Shown here one piece after another: positions 1 to 10,200 of a DNA stretch of 64,000 nt. Both the position numbers and the translations under genes were made by a program. Location: the NCBI GenBank assembly GCA_964645975.1, contig CAZYAF010000010.1:67682-131681 (forward strand), written 5' to 3'. The DNA is from an uncultured Acidobacteriota bacterium (GTDB lineage Bacteria > Acidobacteriota > B3-B38 > Guanabaribacteriales > CAZYAF01). Position 1 is the stretch's first letter, and every line of letters begins with the position of its first letter. Below the pieces are notes generated by a model. It had not been told where the DNA came from, made no database searches, and worked only from the letters and a program-made list of their open reading frames with translations.

Positions 1-193
1 TTTGACATCTTAGTAAAACTAAAATATAGTTAAAGCCGTGAAATACCAAATGCTGTTAAAAGAACGGTTGATTAACAACAAAATGAAGCAGACACCCATC
101 TTTTCCTCAATAAGATTATTAATGGCTTATAACAATCACCACTAACAAGGCTTACAGCAATGAGAGCAATAATATTATAAAAGGAGGGTGAAA

Positions 194-1717
194 ATGAGCG
201 TTTTGAGAAAAGCTTTTTCCCTATTAATCGCACTCTTATTTTGTATCCTATTAACCCAGAGCCTGTTCGCCGAGAACAAGGGCGTGGAACACGGCAAGCG
301 CTACGACCGCCTGGTGATACGCAATGTCATCATCATTGACGGCAACGGCACACCGGCCAAGGGACCGGCGGACGTCATCGTCGAAGGCAACAAGATAGCC
401 TCCGTCGACGCACCCAAGAAAGAGGCCGACGCTTACAAGGATGAGGAGCACATCATCGACGGCAGCGGCATGTACATTCTTCCCGGCCTCATCAACCTCC
501 ATGCCCATATCCACCACGAGCGAGGGGGTGTGCCCATACCCTTCGATTACATCTATAAGCTCTGGCTGGCTTCCGGCATCACCACTATCCGCGATGTGGG
601 CAGCAATTACGACAAAACCCTAAACGAGCGCAGCAAGAGCCATAAGGGCGAAATCACCGCCCCCCGCATCTTCATCTATATGGTGGTGCGCGGTAATACC
701 CCGGAAGAAGGGCGCAAGAACGTGCAGGAAGCCAAAAAGCGCGGCGCCGACGGCATTAAGCTTTTCCGCATGGACCGCGACATCCTGCAGGCCATTCTGG
801 ACGAAGCGCACAAACAGGGCCTGCGCTCCGCCATCCACGTGGGTGTGGTGGAGACCGACGCCCGGGACTGCGCCGAGTTCGGTATCACCACCATGGAGCA
901 CTGGTACGGCGTGCCCGATGCCGCCCTGCACGGCTCGCAGAACTTCCCTGCGGACTACAACTACTGGATAGAAAACCACCGCTTCCGCTATGCCGGCCGC
1001 CTCTGGCGAGAGACCGACCCGGTCAAGCTCCAAAAGGTGCTCCAGACCATGATTGAAAAAGGAGTGGCCTGGGACCCTACCTTCGCCATCTACGAAGCCA
1101 ACCGCGACCTGATTCGAGCTCAGAATCAGCCCTGGTTCAAGGATTACCTGCATCCCGTGCTGGAGGAGTATTTCAGGCCCAATCCGGCTCACCACGCTTC
1201 CTATTTCTGGAAATGGACCACCACCGATGAGGTTTTCTGGCGAGAGAATTATAAGATATGGATGAATGCAGTCCAGGATTTCGCCAGGATGGGCGGACTG
1301 GTGGGCACCGGCGAAGATGCCGGCTATCTCTACCAGATGTACGGCTTCACCTACATACGAGAACTGGAGCTGCATCACGAAGCCGGTTTCCATCCTATCG
1401 ACGTCATCCAGCACGCCACCGGCAATGGCGCCAAAATCCTGGGCAAGGAAAAAGAGCTGGGCCGAGTTCGTCAGGGTTTCCTGGCCGACCTCATCCTCAT
1501 CGATGCCAATCCGCTGGATAACCTGAAGTACCTCTACCCCACAGGTGTCTATGAACCGGAATTCCAGGAAGGAAAATTAGCTACCGGGGCAGAGTCCTTA
1601 TATAAAGGCGGGGTGGAATGGACTATTAAAGACGGCATCGTCTATCATGCACCGACCCTGCTCTACGACGTGAAAGAGATGGTTTCCACCGCGCGAAAGG
1701 AACTGGCAGGCGAATAA
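194..1717 (+). CDS. Secreted metal-dependent amidohydrolase family protein. The ORF track starts at a GTG at 188; the ATG at 194 with an AAAGGAGGG RBS is more likely.
   Basis: N-terminal signal peptide. Amidohydrolase-like motifs are present: LINLHAHIHH (metal-binding His cluster) and DLILIDANPLDN (typical C-terminal aspartate region). Strong RBS AAAGGAGGGTGAAA precedes the ATG. Confidence 0.7.
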   Translation: MSVLRKAFSLLIALLFCILLTQSLFAENKGVEHGKRYDRLVIRNVIIIDGNGTPAKGPADVIVEGNKIASVDAPKKEADAYKDEEHIIDGSGMYILPGLINLHAHIHHERGGVPIPFDYIYKLWLASGITTIRDVGSNYDKTLNERSKSHKGEITAPRIFIYMVVRGNTPEEGRKNVQEAKKRGADGIKLFRMDRDILQAILDEAHKQGLRSAIHVGVVETDARDCAEFGITTMEHWYGVPDAALHGSQNFPADYNYWIENHRFRYAGRLWRETDPVKLQKVLQTMIEKGVAWDPTFAIYEANRDLIRAQNQPWFKDYLHPVLEEYFRPNPAHHASYFWKWTTTDEVFWRENYKIWMNAVQDFARMGGLVGTGEDAGYLYQMYGFTYIRELELHHEAGFHPIDVIQHATGNGAKILGKEKELGRVRQGFLADLILIDANPLDNLKYLYPTGVYEPEFQEGKLATGAESLYKGGVEWTIKDGIVYHAPTLLYDVKEMVSTARKELAGE

Positions 1718-1863
1718 AGATAACAGAACGATACATCGTCGTTAAAAACAGGTCGAAAAAAACAATCGTTCTGCTCCTTACAGGGGAACCTTTTTCCACT
1801 ACAATCAGTCTATACTATTAAAGACAGCTCAGTATTATTGTGTCTTATTATGGGGGAGTAACA

Positions 1864-3375
1864 ATGAAAAGATTGAGAGCATTTACATTTTTCATTATTT
1901 TAGCTTCACTTATACTTATAACCTTGAGCTGTGCCAGGGAAAAAGCGGAAAAAGAGGAGACCTCTGCTCATGCACTAAAAACCGAGGTGCCCAAGGAAGC
2001 GCTGATAGCCGAACTGGAGCAGCAGATTCCTCAGCTCATGGAGAAAGCCATGATTCCCGGGCTCTCCATCGCTGTTATCCGCGACGGAGAAATCCTCTGG
2101 GCTAAAGGTTTTGGCGTTAAGCATGTCGAAACCCAAGAGCCGGTGGATGAATCCACCGTATTTCAGGCAGCTTCCTTGAGCAAGCCGGTCTTTGCTTATG
2201 CCGTGCTGCAAATGGTGGAGCGCGGGGAGCTGGAGCTGGACAAGCCGCTCATTGAGTATGTACCCGAATCCTACATCGAAAAGGAATTTCTCAAGGGAAA
2301 AATAGAGGATGAGCGCTTGAGGAAAATCACCGCTCGCCATGTGCTCACCCACAGCCCCGGATTCCCCAACTGGAGGCCTCGGGATAAGGCTCTGACCATC
2401 CAGTTCGAGCCGGGGGAGAAGTTCAGCTATTCCGGCGAGGGATTCGTCTATCTGCAAAAGGTGGTGGAGAAGATGACCGGCCTTCCTCTCAATGAGTTTG
2501 CGAATAAGCATGTATTTGAGCCGCTGGGAATGGAAAACAGCAGCTATGGGTGGCAGGACAGATATGATGATGTCTTTGCTGAACACCATAATGCTCTTAT
2601 GAGTACGGGAGAACGCTGGAAATATAAAGAGGCCAATGCAGCCGCCAGCCTGCACACAACTGCCAGCGATTACGCCAGATTCATGAATGCCGTGCTGAAC
2701 CATCAGGGACTCAAAGTAGAGAACATGCGAAACTTTTTGAATCCGCACATCAAAACTTCCTTGGAAAACGACGAAGCGCTATTCTGGGGCCTGGGCATTG
2801 GGCTGCAGCAGTCGGATAATGGCTGGGCCTTCTGGCACTGGGGCGACAATGGAGAATACAAATGCTTTGCCCTCGCCTTCAGAGAGCAGAAGATAGGTGT
2901 GGCATATTTCACCAATAGTTACAACGGACTGACCATCAGCAAGGATATCGTTCAGCTCGCTGTGGGTGGTGAGCATCCGGTTTTTGCTGCCAGCGTGATG
3001 ACCCGTTACGGCACCTACGACTCACAGGAGATGCAGTTCGTAAAGATTTACAAAAATGAGGGATTGAACCCAGCACTGGATTATTACCATGAGCTGAAGG
3101 AAAAGAGCCCGGAGGAGAAGATATTTGATGAAGATGTAGTGAACGGTTTCGGCTATATATTACTGCGAGCGGAGAAAGTGGATGATGCCATTGCCATTTT
3201 TAAAATGAATGCGGAAGCTTATCCCGATTCCTCCAATGTCTACGACAGCCTGGCAGAAGCCTATATGAAAAAAGGCGAGAAAGACCTGGCCATCAAGTAT
3301 TACCAGAAATCCCTGGAGCTCAACCCAGAAAACGCCAACGCCACCGAAAAACTGAAGCAACTCCAACAAAACTAA
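1864..3375 (+). CDS. Serine beta-lactamase-fold hydrolase / penicillin-binding-protein-like lipoprotein with C-terminal TPR repeats
   Basis: S-x-x-K active-site motif in AASLSKPVFAY. Lipobox-like LITLSC signal. The C-terminus has TPR-like repeats (AEAYPDSSNVYDSLAEAYMKKGEKDLAIKYYQKSLELNP). Likely start is MKRLRAF at 1864 (track gives 1840). Confidence 0.7.
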   Translation: MKRLRAFTFFIILASLILITLSCAREKAEKEETSAHALKTEVPKEALIAELEQQIPQLMEKAMIPGLSIAVIRDGEILWAKGFGVKHVETQEPVDESTVFQAASLSKPVFAYAVLQMVERGELELDKPLIEYVPESYIEKEFLKGKIEDERLRKITARHVLTHSPGFPNWRPRDKALTIQFEPGEKFSYSGEGFVYLQKVVEKMTGLPLNEFANKHVFEPLGMENSSYGWQDRYDDVFAEHHNALMSTGERWKYKEANAAASLHTTASDYARFMNAVLNHQGLKVENMRNFLNPHIKTSLENDEALFWGLGIGLQQSDNGWAFWHWGDNGEYKCFALAFREQKIGVAYFTNSYNGLTISKDIVQLAVGGEHPVFAASVMTRYGTYDSQEMQFVKIYKNEGLNPALDYYHELKEKSPEEKIFDEDVVNGFGYILLRAEKVDDAIAIFKMNAEAYPDSSNVYDSLAEAYMKKGEKDLAIKYYQKSLELNPENANATEKLKQLQQN

Positions 3376-3484
3376 CCACTGACAACCGACGACTGACAAC
3401 TGAAAACCGACCACTGACGACCGACAACTGATTACTGACAACCGGCAACTAATAACTGACCACTGATAACCGACCACTGAATTG
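3376..3484. repeat. Tandem heptanucleotide repeat, about 15 units of YGACNAC (TGACAAC/CGACGAC/TGAAAAC and variants), immediately after the stop codon of the upstream gene
   Basis: The 7-nt periodicity is visible by direct reading. The spurious minus-strand ORF 3160-3477 translates it as SVISCRLSVISCRSSVVGFQLSVVGCQ. Confidence 0.8.
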
Positions 3485-3764
3485 TGGCATTATTAATCAA
3501 TAATTTAATAAAAGTTGTGTCCAGAATTTTCTGTAAATTTATCTCCAACATACTTCTTATACCAAGCAATTCATAGAATAATTAGGCTTTCCGATTTGCT
3601 GAAACACTATCATATTCAGATATCGATTTCCATCAATACTACTATTTTTCAAAAAAATCAATTCCCAGAGAATTTGTAGTTTTAACTTTTACAATTTTAT
3701 AGTAGTATTTAGTTAAGGAATGGCCATTATAAACTTTAAACCTAAATATTAAGGGAGGGTGAGA

Positions 3765-6700
3765 ATGAAGTATTATTGTAATCCTTATCAAATTTTTACC
3801 AAAACAGTGAGGAGACGCATTTGTGTTACTGCTCTTCATCTGCTGATAGCCGTTTCGGTGATGCTCTTCATGGTGCATCCCATATCCTTAGCGCAGGAAA
3901 AAGAAGCAGCAAAAATTGACCCTGCCATATTCAAGAACATCACCTGGCGCAGCATCGGACCAGCTATTATGGGCGGTCGGCTGACGGATATCGAAGCGGT
4001 GGCGGATAATCCCGATGTTATCTACTTTGGCACTGCTTCCAGCGGATTGTGGAAGAGCACCAACGGAGCCATCACCTGCAAGCAGGTCTTCGGCAAGCAG
4101 CCGGTTCATTCTATTGGCGACCTGGCTATTGCTCCCTCTAATCCCGGTGTGATTTACGTTGGCACAGGAGAGGATAATCCAAGAAATTCCATCTCTTACG
4201 GCAACGGAGTTTACAAATCCACTGATGGAGGTGAAACCTGGCAGCATATGGGATTGGAAGACAGCCGTCACATCTCGCGCGTGATGGTTCATCCGACGAA
4301 TCCGGATATTGTTTATGTTGCAGCTCTGGGTCATGTATGGGGCACCAACAAAGAGCGCGGTGTATTCATGACCGTTGATGGCGGAAAGAACTGGAAGCAG
4401 GTTCTTTACATAGATGAAAAAACCGGAGCTTCCGACCTTGACATGGACCTATCGAATCCCAACATCCTCTATGCCGGCATGTGGACATTTCAGCGCAATC
4501 CCTGGGATCATACCAGCGGCAGCGAAAAGGGCGGCATCTACAAATCGATAGACGGCGGCTTGACCTGGAAAAAAGTAGAAGAAGGTCTCCCAAAGCTCAT
4601 CGGTCGCATCGGAGTAAAAGTAGCGCAGAGCAATCCGAATGTGGTTTATGCCATTACGGAGGCGAAGGAAGGCACACTCTATCGCTCCGATGACCAAGGC
4701 GAAAGCTGGAAGAAAGTCACTAATGACTTCAATATCGTAAGCAGAGGTTTTTATTATACCGAGCTGCGAGTTGACCCGAAGAACGAGAACCGCCTCTATG
4801 CCATTGCTGGCAGTTTGCAGCTCTCAACAGACGGAGGGCATAACTGGCACCGCATAGCCACCTCGGTGCACGGCGACCACCACACCCTTTGGATTAGTCC
4901 CCATAATCCCAATTTCCTTCTCAATGGAAATGATGGTGCTATTGGTATCTCGAGAGATGGTGGGGAGACCTGGGAAAATCTCAACACACTTCCTACCGGA
5001 CAGTTTTATCAGATAACCGCCGATAATCAGGTTCCCTTCTATAGAGTCTACGGCGGGCTTCAGGATAATGGCTCCTGGGGCGGCCCGGGACGGAGCAGAA
5101 CCGCCAGTGGTATTATCAATGCCGATTGGTTCCGCATTGGTGGTGGGGACGGTTTCTTTGTGGTGGTTCACCCGGAAAAACCGCATCTGGTTCTGTGCGA
5201 ATCTCAGGGAGGATATATCCAGCGAGTTGATACTCGAACCGGCCATACCCAGAGCCTATCACCACAGCCGGAGCCTATGAGCGGAGCGGGAGCGGGAGTC
5301 CACGAGTACCGCTTCGACTGGAATGCTCCCATTGTGCTTTCTCCTCACGATGCTGATACTGTTTATCTGGGGGGAAATGTCCTCTTCAAATCTACCAATT
5401 TTGGAAAACAATGGGAAGCCATCAGCCCTGACCTCAGCACCAATGATCCGAAAAAGCTCGAATCGGCAGGTGGTCCGGTGCGACACGAGAATACGGTAGC
5501 AGAATATCACTGCGTTATCATAAGTGTCTCCGAATCACCTATTCAAGAGGGAGTAATATGGGTAGGCACTGATGATGGGCAGGTGCAATTAACCCAGGAT
5601 GGAGGTGAAAACTGGACAAACCTCACCAAGAATGTCAAAGGTTTACCTCCCGATGGATTCATCAGCCATGTGGAGACCTCTAAGACCGCAGCAGGTGCGG
5701 CTTATATGACCGCTGATCGGCATATGCTTGACGATCTCAATCCCTATGTATTCAGGACCATGAATTCTGGCAAAACCTGGGAAAACATCACCGGTAATCT
5801 GCCGGCTCATGCCTACGTTCATGTAATCCGAGAAGACCCTCGTAATGCAAAAATACTGTATGTTGGAACAGAAATTGGCCCTTTTATTTCCTTCACCGGG
5901 GGAAAAGAATGGTATCCTTTTAAATTGAAGAATCTTCCTACCGCAGCAGTTCACGACATTTATCTCCATCCAAAAACTAATGACTTAATCATTGGCACCC
6001 ATGGTTATAGTATCTGGATTCTTGACGATATGGCCTTCTTGCAGCAGCTTTCTTCCGACGTAACGAATTCTGATGTTTACCTATTTGAGCCTCAAAAGGC
6101 ATGGCGTTATCCGATATGGAGGAAAAAGTCATCGCTGGGCGAAAAGCAATTTAAAGGAACTAATCCAGCATACGGTGCACTTATTACCTATTATCTAAAG
6201 GCTGAACCTGAAAAGAAAACACCCGTCAAAATACAAATCCTCGATTCTCAGGAGAAAATCATTCGTGAAATCAAGGGAACCAAGGATGTCGGTATTAATC
6301 GGGTAGTCTGGCGCCTGCAGCATGAAGCACCGAAATCACGGAGCCCGGAAGAAGCACAGAGAGAGCAGCGTTTCCGGCTCTATGGGCCGCAAGCAGTTCC
6401 TGGTGAATATACTGTAAAATTGATGGTAGGTGATAAGACTCAGAGCAAGAAGCTTCAGGTTGCTCTCGATCCCGCTCTGGAGGTTACTGAAGCTGAGATT
6501 AAGGCTCAATTTGATGCTTCAATGCAATTGCGGGATATGCTCTCTTCCCTGAATTTATCTTTGCGGGCACTGGATGGAATTGAACTCCAGATAAAGAATC
6601 TGAAAGAGACCATTAAGCGAGAAAAAAGCGAGATCCCGCAGGAGGTCAGCGATTCATTTAAGGATATGTTCAATAAGGTAGCTGATCTTAAAAAGATGAT

Positions 6701-6956
6701 GGTAAGGGATAGGGAGGCGAGAATATACCTTGCTCCCAGGTTGTTGGATAAGGTGGGCAGTTTATATGGAACAGTTGAACGTGGAATGGCAGCTCCAACC
6801 AAACATCAGATGGATTATTTAGAAAAATTAAAAGGAGAGTACAAAGAAGCCATCCAGAAAGTTAACTCTTTGATTACAAAAGACTTACCGGCTCTAAATG
6901 ATATGCTCCAGAAGAACAACTTCCCTGCACTTTTTAGGCCACATTTGATCGAGTAA
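3765..6956 (+). CDS. Secreted BNR/Asp-box repeat protein (sortilin/VPS10-like, glycoside-hydrolase-associated beta-propeller) with a C-terminal coiled-coil region
   Basis: Multiple S-x-D-x-G-x-T-W Asp-box repeats are present: STDGGETW, SIDGGLTW, STDGGHNW, SRDGGETW, TQDGGENW, MNSGKTW. Signal peptide. The last ~250 aa are a heptad-like charged coiled coil. RBS AAGGGAGGGTGAGA precedes the ATG at 3765. Confidence 0.7.
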   Translation: MKYYCNPYQIFTKTVRRRICVTALHLLIAVSVMLFMVHPISLAQEKEAAKIDPAIFKNITWRSIGPAIMGGRLTDIEAVADNPDVIYFGTASSGLWKSTNGAITCKQVFGKQPVHSIGDLAIAPSNPGVIYVGTGEDNPRNSISYGNGVYKSTDGGETWQHMGLEDSRHISRVMVHPTNPDIVYVAALGHVWGTNKERGVFMTVDGGKNWKQVLYIDEKTGASDLDMDLSNPNILYAGMWTFQRNPWDHTSGSEKGGIYKSIDGGLTWKKVEEGLPKLIGRIGVKVAQSNPNVVYAITEAKEGTLYRSDDQGESWKKVTNDFNIVSRGFYYTELRVDPKNENRLYAIAGSLQLSTDGGHNWHRIATSVHGDHHTLWISPHNPNFLLNGNDGAIGISRDGGETWENLNTLPTGQFYQITADNQVPFYRVYGGLQDNGSWGGPGRSRTASGIINADWFRIGGGDGFFVVVHPEKPHLVLCESQGGYIQRVDTRTGHTQSLSPQPEPMSGAGAGVHEYRFDWNAPIVLSPHDADTVYLGGNVLFKSTNFGKQWEAISPDLSTNDPKKLESAGGPVRHENTVAEYHCVIISVSESPIQEGVIWVGTDDGQVQLTQDGGENWTNLTKNVKGLPPDGFISHVETSKTAAGAAYMTADRHMLDDLNPYVFRTMNSGKTWENITGNLPAHAYVHVIREDPRNAKILYVGTEIGPFISFTGGKEWYPFKLKNLPTAAVHDIYLHPKTNDLIIGTHGYSIWILDDMAFLQQLSSDVTNSDVYLFEPQKAWRYPIWRKKSSLGEKQFKGTNPAYGALITYYLKAEPEKKTPVKIQILDSQEKIIREIKGTKDVGINRVVWRLQHEAPKSRSPEEAQREQRFRLYGPQAVPGEYTVKLMVGDKTQSKKLQVALDPALEVTEAEIKAQFDASMQLRDMLSSLNLSLRALDGIELQIKNLKETIKREKSEIPQEVSDSFKDMFNKVADLKKMMVRDREARIYLAPRLLDKVGSLYGTVERGMAAPTKHQMDYLEKLKGEYKEAIQKVNSLITKDLPALNDMLQKNNFPALFRPHLIE

Positions 6957-6995
6957 ATTTAGTACAAGATATTTTTTTTAACTATATAATAATGT

Positions 6996-7029
6996 GGAGG
7001 CGGAAAATTTTTCCGTCTCCTTTTTTTTG
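6996..7029 (+). terminator. Rho-independent terminator after the BNR-repeat gene
   Basis: GGAGGCGG-(aaaattttt)-CCGTCTCC is an 8-bp stem with one G-U pair, followed by TTTTTTTT. Confidence 0.6.
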
Positions 7030-7253
7030 TTAAATTCTTAAAATCCAAGCTCAGATAATGGTTTTCTATTTATTATTTTTTGAATGAATATTTAAATGAA
7101 AAGTAAAAATAATATTTAACTTTTTCAAACTGCTTTTATTATTTTATTTTACAAAAATTGGCTATTATGATATAATATAGTGTTAATATTTACTACTTAG
7201 CATTAACACATAATCAATCAAAAAGAGAATTCTATTATCTGTAAGGAGATGAA

Positions 7254-10200
7254 ATGAAAAAGAAGCTTTTTATACTTATTTTAATCATCTGCTTTATCAC
7301 TATCAGCTCATCAGTCACTATTGGATGCAAAAAGAGAGAAGGTACTGAGAAAGAGAGCAAAAAAAGTACGAAACTCGCACAAAAAACAGGAGATACCAAG
7401 GTTACAACTGCCACTCAAACTGAAGAATTAGAGGAAACACAAGAATCAGCTTCTGAAAAGTGGCAATTGATGCTGGCTACTGATATGGAAACGCTGCAAA
7501 CTCAAGAAATAAAAATCGGGAAAGAAAAGGTTTATGTGGTTTCCTATCACCCTCAGGGTCAAACAAGAAATGTTGATGAAGTTGATGAAGTCAACATTAC
7601 CTTCTCAGAACCCGTTGCTCCTCTTGAAAAAATAGAAAAAGACACACCTTCTCTTATTGAGATTGAGCCTTTTGTAAAAGGAGAAGGATACTGGAAAAGC
7701 TCCATTACGTATTGCTATCGAATAGATGAGAAGGTGAAATTATCCACCAGATACACAGTTAAATTTAAAGGATATTCATCATTTAGCGGTAAGGAAATTG
7801 CTGAAAAACAATGGGAATTTATTACCCCAACGATTAAAATAGTAGATTCCATTCCTCGACATAACACAAAGTGGCAAACACTGGACCAGAAGGTTCTGAT
7901 CGAATGCTCGCAACCTGTTAATCCCGGCCAAATTAAGGATTACATAAAAATTCTTTCCTCTGAAGGAAGATATGATTTTGAAATAAGGTATGCCACCAAA
8001 CAAGAAAGAGAGTTAAAGTGGCGCTGGGAAAGATTAAAAGATGACAATAATCGGATAATTACCATTGTTCCCAAAGAAAATTATCCCATAGCTACAGACA
8101 TTACAGCTCAGTTTCTTGCGGGATTACCTTCTTCTGAAGGAAATATTGGACTTTTACACATAAGGGAAATTAGATTCAGAACTTTTGAGATATTCAAGAT
8201 AATTAGTGTCTCTAAACAATTTAGACCGGATGATGGAATTTCTATCAAATTTTCAAACCCTGTTCCTGTTCAAGATTTTGTAAAAAAAGTCGTTTTTGAG
8301 CCTCCAGTCAAATTGGATGAATCCTGGAATCGGAATTCCCACAACTTCTCCATTCATGGAAAATTTAAGCCCAGTGAAACCTATGCGATGATTGTCCCTG
8401 CAGACGTTCAAGACCAATTTGGTAATGAATTGGAAGAAGAAAAGAAATTTACTATCAAAAGCCTGGACTATACTCCTTTCCTTTATCCTCCATCCCATCA
8501 CCATTTTGTCATGGAAGATTATCTAGAGAAGAGCATTCCCGTTCAAGTGAGAAATGTTTTCGAAACAGAAGTGTTATATAGAGAAATGGAGCTGGATGAT
8601 TTTAAACTGCTCAGCAAAACCCACTATCCAAAAAAAGAAGATCTGAATCTAAAAGACTGCGACACTTATTTATGGAAGATTCCCATTAAAAAGAATCTAA
8701 ATTACACCTTGGGTTTTAACCTTGAAAAAATTCAGTTCACAAAACCGGGATTTTACTATATATATTTCAAAAATTTTTCGCGTTCTGCTTATCGCGGTCA
8801 TTTCATTCAACTAACCGACATCGCTCTGGTGGCCAAGTTCAGCCCAACACAAATTTTTCTAATGCCCTTCAATATGAGAAGTGGTGAGCCTGTACCTCAT
8901 TTAGATTTTTCGATTCACGATCCCGAGGGTTCATTTTTTGACTGGAATGGATTTGCAAATGTTAAGGGTGATAAAGATGGCATTGCCGTCTACCAGCCGC
9001 CGCTTAAAGTTCTGGAAAAGCATAAGCTGCGAGATTGTTTTGTCCTCTCCGAATCCCGAAAAAGCTTTGTTTGGGGTAGAAAAAACGATATGTTCGATAT
9101 GTGGGATTACAGGTATCGCTACAATCTGAATTATAACCAGAGACCAGAAAATTACTATAATCATCTTCTACTCTTTACGGATAAATATCTCTATAAAGCA
9201 GGACAGACAGTTAGATTTAAAGGTATTTTAAGGCAGGTGTTTTCAGGGATAATGAGGATACCTACCTTAAAAAATATTAAAGGAAAAGTATTCAACTCCC
9301 GTAATGAAAATATTCATGAATTCGAATTAAAAAGCGATGATTTTACCTCATACGGCACGTTTGCTGGAGAGTTTAAGCTACCGGATGAAGCACCTACTGG
9401 ATTCTACAGAATTGACTTTGAGGTGGAATTAGAGAAATCTTCCTTTTCCAAAAGCCTGAAATTCTCCGTAGAAGAATATAAGCCGGCAAAATTTGAAGTT
9501 AACGTTGCTCTTGACCAGAAAGAACTTATTGCCGGCCAGAAGTTTTCCGGCCATATCAACGCAAAGTATCTTTTCGGCACTCCCATGGTGGATGCAGAAG
9601 GAAACTGTGTGTGGACAATTCAAAATACTTATTTCGCTCCTCAAGGTTGGGATTCATACTCTTTTGGAACTTATGAATCCTCCTATCGGGATACTATTTT
9701 TAAAAAGGAATTCAAACTTGATAATAAAGGTAACTATAAATTCAGTGAAGAAAGAATCTCGCTCCCCGGGAAGAACTCAGGCCGTTTGACTGTTTATGGT
9801 GAAGTCAAGGATAAAGATAACAGTCGTATTGGCAGCAAAAATTCAGTGATTATTCACCGAGGAGAATATTATATCGGTTTAAAAGCAGAGTCGTACTTTT
9901 TCGAAAAGAACAAACCGGGGAAGATTTCCCTCTTGACCGTCTCTCCACAAGGAGACCTATTCAAAAAAACAGCTCTAACAGTCAAAATTAACAGAAATGA
10001 ATGGAAATCCTTCCAGAAAAAGGATGCTTCGGGAGCGTTACGATGGGAATGGAAGCATATAACTGAGGATATTTTAGAAGAAGAGGTCTCGCTTCCCAAC
10101 GGCAAAATTGAAAAGGAATATACCTTCGAAAAAGCAGGATATTATAATATTGTCCTGACAGGCACTGATAGCCTTGGCAATACCATTACCACATCCGGAC

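Noticed and set aside
620-1414. 264-aa minus-strand ORF, plus 251-517(-), 441-623(+) and 1258-1526(+), inside the amidohydrolase gene
   Set aside because: They are antisense or out-of-frame ORFs within a GC-rich gene that has good motifs on the plus strand. This is typical high-GC shadow ORF behaviour.
1975-2748. 257-aa minus-strand ORF overlapping the beta-lactamase-fold gene
   Set aside because: It is a shadow ORF. The plus-strand frame carries the SxxK motif, a signal peptide and TPRs.
3160-3477. 105-aa minus-strand ORF with repetitive SVISCR/SVVG sequence
   Set aside because: It is simply the translation of the heptanucleotide tandem repeat and the antisense of the upstream gene, not a real protein.
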